Shown here: positions 38,326 through 48,424 of the stretch, piece after piece
How the letters are laid out: each line of letters begins with the position of its first letter
Numbering within the stretch: position 1 is the stretch's first letter
Source: Podarcis pityusensis
Taxonomy: Eukaryota
Direction: 5' to 3' (one strand)
Assembly: GCA_964106645.2 (NCBI GenBank)
Contig: OZ067038.1
DNA: 64,000 bases
Notes under the pieces: model-generated
Databases searched by the model: none
What the model was told of the DNA's origin: nothing
What the model saw: the letters and a program-made list of their open reading frames with translations, nothing else
Program-made: the position numbers and the translations under genes

Positions 38326-41104
38326 ACCTGAGTCTCCCTGGAAGGTGAGGATAGAAGCAAGCCTGATGGCTGATCCCATGTTCAGCTTTCTAGGAGAAGT
38401 ACAGCTGCAATGCAAGTTGCAAAGGTAGATTCACACCATGGTTAAAGCACTCATGGTTGCTGCTGTGAAGAGTGACATCTGTATTCATCCTAAGTATAGG
38501 CCTCTCCTGCAGTGCCTGTCCAGAACACCGAAATGTGGTCCTTGGTCTTTGTGTGGAAGTCATGCTAGCCCAAATCCAGCACCAGGGACATAGTATCCCA
38601 TCCTATTGTAATGCCTGAAGATGTGGCAGCCTTGCTAATAATAAAATAGCTTTGCTACAGAAGAATATCCTCTTCAGAAGAGAGGTGTGCTCCAGCACAG
38701 GAGAAAGGAGATGTGAGAGGAATCTGTGGAAAAGCTGCAGCTCTGTGGCAGAACAGACAGTTTGCATGCAAAAAGTCTCAGGTTCAATTTCAGGTACCTC
38801 CAGGTGGGGCCAGGAGAGAACCCTGCCTGAAGCCTTGGAGAGCTGCTGCCAGTCAATGTAGCAACACTGAACCAGATGCAGCAATAATGCAACTTTCTGT
38901 GTTCCTTCTGATAAATTTGTAGATGTGCATTTGCCACTAATGCAAAGTGCATTTCTGTTCCATTGATTTTAATGGCAGATTTAAGCACATGGATAACTCT
39001 GTCTTTGGAATAAATGGGGCATGTAGCTGGATTTGCACTGTTTGTACAGAAAGGCTGTTGGAGCAATTGGTGCCCTGCTTTCAAAAGAATGCAGGATGCC
39101 TGGGGTGGGGGAGCCCGAGTCACTGGTCGTGGGCATTATCCAATCACCTGTGCAGCTGTACTCCACAAAGTATTTGTCATTGCAACAGATCACTGGTGAG
39201 GAACCTCTAGCCCATGGGCCTAATTATGCCTACCATGTTTAGAGGTTGGCCTACAAGGCCATTTTGGGAAACCACACCTACCTTTCCCTGACCTGATGTC
39301 ATGAAGACAGGAGTGGGAAACTTCAAGCTGTGGCTAAAAGGAAGAACTGGGAGAGCACTCAAAGCACGTTCTTCATTTGTCCTTTGGAGCCAAAAGTCAG
39401 CACTTTTCGAATTTGGTGCCTTTTTCTCTGTTACCCTGAACATTCTTCCTTTGCACCCACAGCCAGATTTCAAAAATCTTCCTTTGAATGTGTGGCTTGA
39501 AATCAAACCACATCAACAAAGGAGGAGAGGAAGAACCAGGAATACTCCCACTTATTTCATTTGAAGCTTTATCACCCAGTGTAGTGATTGATTGATTGAT
39601 TGATAGGTCCCCACCGTCACAGTGGCCCATGGTGGGTGGGGGAGTTCAGGATCTGGCCCATTGGGCAGATCCAGTTCTGTACCCCTGCAACAGATGGGGA
39701 TGGGGAAAAGAATTTCTCCTGCAGCTTCTGAATCTTGTGGTTTAACAATTGGGAAATTGAAACAGACACTCCGCTTCCCAAAAGATGTTCAGCTCCCAGG
39801 CAACAGCCGTTTTTTTCTTATGCAAACAGACACACAAATGTCGAAAGGCCTGGGCTAAACAATCCTGTACTGTCCTAGGCACCCCTAGCAAAGGAAGGCA
39901 CATGCACTTACAGCAACTCCCACTGTGCCCTGGATGCACATGCACACATGCTTCTCGCCTCTAGGCATCTGTCCCTAGGTCTGTGCCCTGTGGAGCAGTT
40001 ACAGCAACAGTGGGACACCCCCCCAGCCCAGCTTATGTACCCTCATCTGATGGCGTTTGTGAGAGCAGCCTGAGGCTTCTCCTACACAGAAGCTGCCACT
40101 GCTGTTCCCTCTTCAAGCCTCTCCTGGTTCTAGGAGGCAGCAGAGCAGGGGATAGTGGGGATTCAGCTGGCCCCTACCTTGCTTGAACAGACTCTTCCTC
40201 CAACATGTCCTGCGTGCCCATCTCTATTCCTCTTCTCCCCCGTCCTGGGTCCTGCCTCGTGGCCAGCCCAAACCTCATAAATCTCTGGTCTCCTCTCCTG
40301 GGTTAATCCCTGGGCCTCCTGCCTCCACCGCACACTCACCAGAGCCCTGCCAGTCCCTGACATAAACTTACCTCATGCCGAGCCTCTTGCTGTGCTGTTG
40401 GACCAGTCACTGAATCCTACATGCACTCTGCCTGAGAAGTGTAGGGGGAAATACTAAAAAAGGAAATAGAAACCAGTGGGAGAACAACAGGCATGTCGCC
40501 AGCATTGCTGGAAACACTAGCACAATATACCAGTCAGGGACTGTGCCAGCAATGACATCCACTGTTCATCTGGACACAAGGGAGCCAAAGGACTCATGGT
40601 GATCCAGGCATACCCCAGGGCATCCTTCAGCGGGCTCACGCTAAAGGGCAAAAGTTTGGGAACCAGAAGGGATTTTGAGCCCCAGCAAGGGGAAGGGAGC
40701 AACATATCCCCACTCAGTTTTAGCATGCCTTGTTTTAAAAGCAAATCTACTGTATATAACAACCAAGTAGTATATCCAGATTGCACCTGTATTTTACCTA
40801 ATGCAGGCATATGACCACGTAAAAGAGTCTAACTAAATTAATACTATGACTCCTCACTACTGAACATGGCTAAAAAGTCTGTTTCAATTACACCCCTGTG
40901 AATAATTGACAGCTTCTAATTCCTTGGCAGAAAGTTCTTTGTCAAATTCCAGCTTGAATTGCTACTAATCACTAGTTTTGCAAGAAAGTTATATCAGGTG
41001 CACTTCTTCAAGCTCACTGTGTCATCTTGTCACCAACTCTGTTTCTATAAGACATATGAGCTATCAGTATTCACTCCACAAGTACATATGGATGTATATT
41101 TGTA

Positions 41105-41457
41105 CAGTTGTACCTCGCAAGACGAAATTAATCCATTCCGCGAGTCTCTTCGTCTAGCGGTTTTTTCGTCTTGCGAAGCAACCCTATTAGCGGCTTAGCG
41201 GATTAGCGCTATTAGCGGTTTAGCGGCTATTAAAGGCTTAGCGGCTTAGCGGCTTAGGGGCTAAAAGGCTATTAGCGGCTTAGCGGCTTAGAAAAAGGGG
41301 GGGAAGCGAAAAAAATCTCAAGACTCGCAAGACATTTTCGTCTTGCGAAGCAAGCCCATAGGGAAATTCGTCCTGCGAAGCGCATCGAAAAACGGAAAAC
41401 CCTTTCGTCTAGCGGGTTTTTCGTCTTGCGAGGCATTCGTCTTGCGGGGCACCACTG
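41105..41457. mobile_element. Tc1/mariner (Tigger-like) MITE with internal TTAGCGGC tandem repeats
   Basis: TA TSD; TIRs CAGTTGTACCTCGCAAGACGAA / TTCGTCTTGCGGGGCACCACTG. Confidence 0.9.
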
Positions 41458-43721
41458 TATTAGGAAATATACTGATACCATTTGGATTACACTACTTGGG
41501 TCTCTTGTTTGTTGCATAGATTATTCCTGGGAGACACTTATGGCCAGATTCAACTAAACAGCTGTGCCAGCAGGAGCCAAGCCAATGAGTCCCACTAGTG
41601 CCATGAGGTTTCTTCTCCACCCCCTGCTGACCCCCAGCCCAAATTGGCAGAGCAGGAGGCGGGGAGGGAAGCTTATTCTGTCTGGCAAGCAGCAATGCTT
41701 GCACTGATGGAACAATTGTATTAGCGCAACATTGAGTTCCACCCATAGAATGTATATTTTTATCAATTTAAAACAAAATATATCAGAGAGGGAGTTCCTG
41801 GTGCTCAAACCCAGACATCAAAGAACAGCTTCCTAACCATGATGCAGCACTTGCATTCCCCCAGACCTCACACCCATTCCTAGGTACCATGAGTGCAAGA
41901 GCTGCAGAAGGAGCCCTAGCTAGGTGGAACAGCTCATGTTTAACAGGTTGGAGGTTCCTGGTTCAAATTCAGGGGGTGACCCCCAAAACTAAACAGGAGC
42001 AGGGAGGACACTCCCACATGCAGACATATCTGGGCCCAATCAACAGGTGTATGGCATTGGCAAATAGAATGGCTCCTGCAAAGGACAACCAGCCATTTTG
42101 GTCCATCTCTGTTGGCATCCCACATGACCATTTGTCCCCTGTGTTGCCTGATAGGCCAGCCTTGCCTGGTAGCACCCCAACAGGACTTGTAGCCCCACTC
42201 CATTTCCTCCTCATCCTTACTTCTCCTCATCAATCCCCCCTCCTCCCTTCCTCCGACTGGCTGCCTCACACATCCTGGCAGCAACACCCACCCCACCTGT
42301 GCACCCAAAGGCATCTGCTGCCTCAGTCAAGGGCATGTGAGTGAGCCCCTCTGCTTTAGATGCCCATTCTGAGACCAGCCTCAGCCAGAGCAAATGAGGG
42401 CATGGGAAAAGCATCTCAACTCACCACACCCTAGCAACAAAGACACAATTCATGTGGCAAAGGCAAAGCATGTATTGCCCAGCATGCAGGATGTAGTGGA
42501 TCCTGAAAGGCATGGAAAGGGAACTTTTGGCTCTCCACATGTCCTTGGACTACAATTCCCACCATCCCTGACCACTGGCTTTGAGGTCTGGGGCTAAAAG
42601 GGAATTAAGAATCCAACAGTGTCTAGAAGGCCACAGAGTCTCTGGCCTAACTGAGTGGGATTGTCACCCCAGCAGGGCACATTGGGTGCAGTATCCTTAT
42701 GGCTTTAGCTTCACCCCAGAAACTCCTTCACCTGCTGCCTGTTTGTCGTAGAACATGCAAGGTTAGAGGAAACTCTTGGAAAAAGTAGGATTTCAACCCC
42801 ACAGAGGAAACGTCAGGCACATCCATCCTGGTCCTTTTGCTGCTCCCCTTCAGAGGCAGATGTAGGGGAGTGCAACTGGTTTTCCCACACTGGGTGCTGA
42901 GCCGAGAGGGCACTACAGGGGGCGCAGCAACAATGACAAACAATGGAAAGTGAGATGTGGAGGGGTGCTGAATGTTGGGGTCACACAGGGCGCTGCTGAA
43001 ATTAAAAGCCCAAAGCCACTGTTCTCCTTCTAGGCTGCATAGAATGGGGTGTGGGAAAGATCCTTTAGCAATAGGAAAACAGCCCGCCGAGAGTAAAGGG
43101 TGGCCCAAGAAGACAGCAATGACTGGAGGACATCGTCTCAGGGTCTCCATGTGTTTGCTTGTGAGGAGTTAAGAGAGTGGTGCCACTTGAGTGCCCAGGC
43201 AGTGATCATGCCTCAGCCTCCCCATCACTGGAGGAGAGAAAGAGAGCATCCTGACTATAAGCAGACTCACTCCCTTCCCCTTTGGGGGTAACAGTGGAAC
43301 TCAGTGTACAGTGACAGCTTGTTCCGCTTCATGCATCTGTGCTGCTTTCTGAAAGCAGAGTCCTTAATTTGCCCCAGTTGGCAAGAAGGTTGTGGCCAGA
43401 GACCAGAGCCTGAAATGAGTCCAGGAAATGTATTTGAAGTGCATCAGTAGAATGCGTTTCAGTTTATAAAAGATGTAAGCATAAGGAATATTAAAGAGAA
43501 ATTAAAAGCACATAATATATTAATGAACCTTGAGAAGGAAAGGATAATATAAAGAACAGTGTATATAATACAATAAAATACAATGATTACATGAAAAAAA
43601 ACAAAATAGAATATGAATATGCAATCTGAAGCCCCAAAGTGAAATAACTGTTCTATGTTGTGTTGGGATTAATAAAAAGTTTACCTTTTAAATTTAGCTC
43701 TACTTAGACAGAAGAAAAATA

Positions 43722-43907
43722 CAGTGGCACCTGAAATAGTGCTTCAGGTTAAGAACTTTGCTTCAGGATAAGAACAGAAATTGTGCTCTAGCAGCGCGGC
43801 GGCAGCAGGAGGCCCCATTAGCTAAAGTGGTGCTTCAGGTTAAGAACAGTTTCAGGTTAAGAACGGACCTCCAGAACGAATTAAGTACTTAACCCGAGAT
43901 ACCACTG
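43722..43907. mobile_element. Tigger-like MITE, internally deleted
   Basis: TA|CAGTGGCACC...GATACCACTG|TA; repeated ttcaggttaagaac. Confidence 0.8.
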
Positions 43908-45602
43908 TATCAAAAAAATCTTATGGAACAACTATGGCAAACAAAAATTGTGGGATGTAAAACTTAAACCAACTCTACTTTGATTTTTCACCTAACACTC
44001 CCACCAGACCAGTTCAAGCTAATGCTATGTTACCTAGTACTTACGGTCTAAATATTAAGAAAAGAGAAATGAAAGTATATCCACCTATCCAAGCAGTGCC
44101 ACAAAGGAACAAGTTAGTGTGGGCTTAGGGGAGATTTGGAAGATGGATCCAATGGGTAGGATTCAGAAGAATCCAAGTGGAGGGGAAAGACTGAGAAACA
44201 AAATTGTGACATTTAACCCTCACCAGGAAAAAAGCAAAAATTAAATAAGAAAACTGTATATATAAAAACTGCTAAAATTTAAATCTGCTCAAGATTGCTT
44301 GTGAGTCAGAGATCCAGACCCAAAGGGCTAGTTTAGGGGAATATTATTATAATATTTCTTCAAAACCAAAGAAGGGGCAGTTTCAAAGTAAGAAATCCTT
44401 TCTTCTCTCAAAGAGAAGGCGAAAAGGTAAACTGGGTTCCCAAGGCCCCAGAATAAGCAAAGGCATATTAGCAAACTGGTGCTAAGCTAAACATAAATTG
44501 AAATGAAATGAAGTATAACAAAATAAAATAAAGCAAAGAAGTGAGCTGTAGCACTAAGCACAATCTCTTTTTGATCCACCATTGACACCCCAAGTGTTCT
44601 GCCTTTTGATTTATTGTTTGTTGTCACCTCACTTTTTCCTCACAAAAAAAAAATCTCTTCTGTATTCCTAACTGGCAAGTCATGGGGCAGACATCTGCAG
44701 AAACAGTTTACCATTGTTTTATGGGACTGATGTATTCTCAAGCCTTATCGAGGTGCAGGGAGAATCATGAAGGTCGTCTAGTGCTGCTAGCCAAATGGAG
44801 TAACAAATCTTCGTATCTTCTCTGTACTGGCGTACTGTCTTAGCTTGACTAAGGCCTTGTCAGCATTTTTGCTCCCCACATTGCGGAGTCCAGACAGCGA
44901 GAGGCATTTTTGCCATCGGTACAGACTTTCCTGTCTGCTTAATACCATGAGCCAGTTTCTGGACTGAAGTTTGCTTCCATTCCACTCCATAGCTCTCTGC
45001 GGGCAATCACCTTCCCCATGCATGCAGATTCCCTTCCGAACGAGCTACATAACATGATCCACCAAGGAGAAAGTGCTCAGGAGTGTTTGATCAGTGTTTG
45101 CAATGGTTAGAGTGGATTGCCTGGCCTTTGCCAACAGAATGCTTACCTAAATGTGGGAGTGAGTGCCTCCACCTGTGTGGAAGACACCGCTCCCTCCTTT
45201 TGGAAGAGAAGGGTGTCAGAACTTGACAGTTCAGACATGAGATGTGACAAAGGACATGGGTGGGGCAGAATTGAAGACCCTGTCAGAGTGTTTCCTATCC
45301 CCAGAGTTCCTTCTTGGAAGCTCTAATCGTGCATGACATGAGGCTAGAAAAAGACAGACCTAGGCTATATATCCTATCATTTGAGCTGTTGTCTACCTGC
45401 ATGAAATTTATATTACCGGTGGTGGTGGGACAGGCTGCAGGCTTATGTTGTATCCTATGTACTGCTACACCAACATGGGTGGGGCAAGAGGTGTGTGGGG
45501 CTGGGCAGCTATTCCCCTCCCTTGTCACACTGAAGTCCATGGAAAGTGGGACTAACGTGAAGTTGTGCAGCCAAGAGTGGTGGTCTGGCTGTGGTAGTAG
45601 TA

Positions 45603-45843
45603 CAGTGGAACGTCGGTTTTCAAACATAATCTGTTCCGGAAGTCCATTCAACTCCAAAACGTTCAAAAACCAAGGATCAAAGGGCTGTCAGCAAGTTCAG
45701 TGGGGAAAATTGAGAAATGCACCTTGGAAGCCATTTGACTTCCGAGGCGTGTTCAAAAACGGAAGCATTCACTTTTGGGTTTTCAGCGTTCAGCTTCCAA
45801 AACATTCAGCAGCCGAGATGTTCAAAAACCAAAGGTTTGACTG
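45603..45843. mobile_element. Tigger-like MITE
   Basis: TA|CAGTGGAACG...GGTTTGACTG|TA; repeated gttcaaaaac. Confidence 0.75.
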
Positions 45844-46157
45844 TATAGGATTTGACGCAAGTGTGCTCCTCTCAGCCCTTGCCTCCATCAGCATATGGGA
45901 GGAAGAGTTTTGCCAGAATATGTGTCATGCCAATGTGTCATGCCAATGGGCTTCCACCACTTTCTAAAGCCCATCAGCCAGCAGATCTGGAGTATAGGAT
46001 CACGCACATAGTTAACTCAATAAGCAGCACAGCTGATACGTGCAGCATCTGTAGTTCCAGTTACAACCATTGCAACACACACCTGTCCTCCCTGGGGCTG
46101 GCAGCAGAAACCCTCCTGCCCCCTTAAGAATGATGGCATTCCTCATGTCTTTGACAG

Positions 46158-46262
46158 GAACCCGGCACTTTCTGCTCCTGTGCTGTGTCCGTCCTGAGGA
46201 TTCGGGCCAGGTCCGCTTTGTGGCAAAGGCAGCTGCTTCTGAAGCCCGCCTGGAAGTGGAGG
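46158..46262 (+). CDS. OBSL1: OBSL1 half-Ig exon (GTRHFLLL...EDSGQVRF...LEVE)
   Basis: gacag| and |gtaagg, 105 nt; completes the Ig domain begun at 37707. Confidence 0.92.
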
Positions 46263-46929
46263 GTAAGGGAGCTGCTTCACCATTGGCCCTCAGCTATCAT
46301 GTGAGAATGGATTGCAATGATAGGCAAACATGAATTGATGTGATTGACCATTGCAGGAGAAGTGTGATGCCACCCAATGTATGTTATGGATTCACAGTGT
46401 TTTGATAAATGGAGGTCTCTGTTACTCTGGGTCACTGGCTGTACTATTATATAGAGAGATTTCCATTACACGAGGTTATGAGCATAATCTCAACCTGACC
46501 AACCATAAGATACTTTCTGCCACATCTTCTACATTTTTCAGCCTATATACTCTGCAACATAAATGGAATAAAGAACTCTAAATATAGGCAGGTGGGAAGA
46601 ATGGGCTGGGATTAGCAGGTGTGGTAGGAAAGTGTGTGTGTGATGTGGGGAGTCTGGGCAAGCAGGCCTGTATCTGGGAAGATCTCTGAATGGATGCATG
46701 TATGAGTTGGTATCAACTTAAGGGAACACACAACTTGTGTTGATGAACGGTAGGATTGCATGTTAGGCAGGTTGCTGGGCATGTATCGTATCTAGCAAAG
46801 GACAAAGGTTGGTGCCTGTGTGGGGTTTGAGGCTCCATCCCTAGCCAGCTTGAGCCTCTTTGGAGGTTGCTTTGATCCAACCATCTCTGGAGGGACTGGA
46901 ACTTGTGCATGTGTCTTCTGCTTCCATAG

Positions 46930-47196
46930 CACTGCCCATCCGCATCGTGAAGCCGCTGAGGGACAAGACTGTGCTCGCACGGCACAAAGCCACGCTGGAA
47001 TGCACAGTGTCTCAGTCTCGTGGCCGAGTGCGTTGGTTCCGTGGGGACACAGAGATCTTTGCTGGCAACAAGTACGAAATCTGCAACTTGGACTGCTACC
47101 GAACCCTCGTTATCCACAGCGTTGAGCCTGCAGATGAGGGCCTGTATACATGTGATGCACTGGACGACCGCTCCACAGCCCGTCTGCTGGTGGAAG
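46930..47196 (+). CDS. OBSL1: OBSL1 Ig exon (ALPIRIVKPLRDKTVL...RLLVE)
   Basis: catag| and |gttagg, 267 nt; read-through of the donor gives G-stop. Confidence 0.93.
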
Positions 47197-47411
47197 GTTA
47201 GGGGGAACATGCAAGTACCATGAAGAACTACAGAGGGGTGGAGATGGGTGAGCCCAGAGGGGAGTTGGCAACCAATGCTGTGAATTTGGTATGAAGTTGT
47301 CTGCCAGCCAGGGTAGAGGGGATAATGATGAAAAGCAGGCAGTGCCACTGTAGGGGGACAGGCAGGCTGCTGTGTCACATGGGAAACTGGTGCTGTTCTC
47401 TGCCCCTGCAG

Positions 47412-47681
47412 CTGAAGGGATCCAGGTGGTGCGAGCATTGCGGAACGTAGATGTGGTGGCTCCTGCAGAGGCTCGGTTTGAGTGTGAAATCTCTGCTCCC
47501 CCGGCATGCAGCCCGCAGTGGAGTCTCAATGGAGAAGACTTGCAGCCCGGCTCACAAGTGCACATGGAGAGCATGGGGCATATCCACAGGCTGAGGCTCT
47601 GCCAGACAACCCCTGGCATGAGTGGGATGGTGAAAGTTACTATTGGCAATGCCCGTTCTAAAGCCCACCTCACAGTCCGAG
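47412..47681 (+). CDS. OBSL1: OBSL1 last Ig exon (AEGIQVVRALRNVDV...HLTVR)
   Basis: tgcag| and |gtacgt, 270 nt, FECE and W motifs intact. Confidence 0.85.
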
Positions 47682-48192
47682 GTACGTGTGCCTGGCAGCA
47701 GAGTGGGTTGGTAGCAGGGAAGAAATTGAAGAGGGTATGTGTGTTTGTGTGTTCCAGGACATAAAAATGCAAGCTGTTTTTTATCCTAAAATGGCGGAAT
47801 GGTGAACCCTTGTCCTGTAGAAAGAACCATGGGAGAAAAAGACCAGTCCTTCTGCATGGTCTTGGGCGCTGCTGTAGACTTAGCTGGGTCACAACAAGAC
47901 AGTGAGATGACACATTGGTGCTGGGTGACAAAATGCAGAAGGGAAAGCTGGGCTGTGTGCTTGGGTTCAACAAGAGACTGTGTATGCCATGGGTAGCCAG
48001 TGTGATGCCCCACAGTTGCTGTTGGGTCTCCCATCAGCCCTCATCACTGGCCCCGTTGGCTGGGACTGAGCACCTGGAGGGCCACAGGTCCCCTATCCCT
48101 GGTCTAAGCAGTATCACTGAGGGAAGAAGAGGTGGTTGAACGGTGCCTCTGCCTTGAGAGCATTTCTCTCTAATGCCTTATTCTCTCCACAG

Positions 48193-48200
48193 AGCGCTAG
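48193..48200 (+). CDS. OBSL1: OBSL1 terminal coding exon (E-R-stop), followed by a short 3'UTR
   Basis: ctaat branch point, pyrimidine tract and ccacag|AG CGC TAG; phase 1 compatible; ATTAAA about 200 nt downstream. Confidence 0.75.
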
Positions 48201-48389
48201 CATCAGGGAGACCCTGTGAGCAAAAGAGCCATGTGTGAGCATGGAAAGCCCTGGGGCTACCAGGGGAAGGTGGAGACAGCATGTTTGACACTTGCATGGA
48301 CAGCCTGAAGAATGGACACACACACACAAAGAGAGAGAATTCCTCTTCCTATCTCCCTCTTCTGCATGACAAGGGAAGCAAGATCTGCT

Positions 48390-48424
48390 TTTATTAAATG
48401 CTCATGATTCCTGGTTTGTTTATT
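48390..48424. terminator. Overlapping poly(A) signals: ATTAAA (+, 48393-48398, OBSL1) and AATAAA (-, 48390-48395 and 48419-48424, TMEM198)
   Basis: ttttattaaa and gtttatt seen directly; a GU-rich tract follows on the + strand. Confidence 0.6.

Larger units (their letters stand above)
39742..46096 (-). pseudogene. Degenerate extended-synaptotagmin (ESYT)-like locus covering C2A, C2B, linker and C2C, nested antisense in an OBSL1 intron
   Basis: Colinear motif remnants with stops and frameshifts, e.g. CLGTQVAPLS*LLTSKHM (43227-43148) versus recalled ESYT2 SLGNLKVPLSQLLTSEDM. Also GR....MGKVI, AD.....DG, LDSA and TKICY (45044-44731). Confidence 0.6.
290..48200 (+). other. OBSL1: OBSL1 gene, 3' portion (5' end lies upstream of the window): 24 coding exons, 21 I-set Ig domains, 5717 coding nt
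   Basis: Chain of GT-AG exons, nearly all phase 1-1, each with Ig I-set motifs (CELS..APVRWYKDG..L.I....DxGEY/FxC). The C-terminal domains follow the recalled human OBSL1 order (EGDDATF, AEEGQDVCLEVE, KIRQEG, RLLVEG). Tail-to-tail position next to TMEM198 matches known synteny. Confidence 0.95.

Noticed and set aside
40130-40177. Possible minus-strand intron using the donor at 40178
   Set aside because: Only 48 nt, too short for a typical vertebrate intron, and the upstream segment has no clear acceptor
45314-45967. 217-aa plus-strand ORF
   Set aside because: Runs through a MITE, non-ATG start, no recognisable domain
46263-46929. SMP or transmembrane part of the ESYT-like locus
   Set aside because: In the part of this intron I read, I found no convincing motif such as YLVLPNR
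46713-47973. 264-aa and 287-aa minus-strand ORFs
   Set aside because: Antisense to OBSL1 exons and spanning introns, with no family features
290-48200. Calling the Ig-repeat gene OBSCN or TTN
   Set aside because: It terminates after Ig domains with no RhoGEF or kinase region, carries OBSL1-type motifs, and abuts TMEM198
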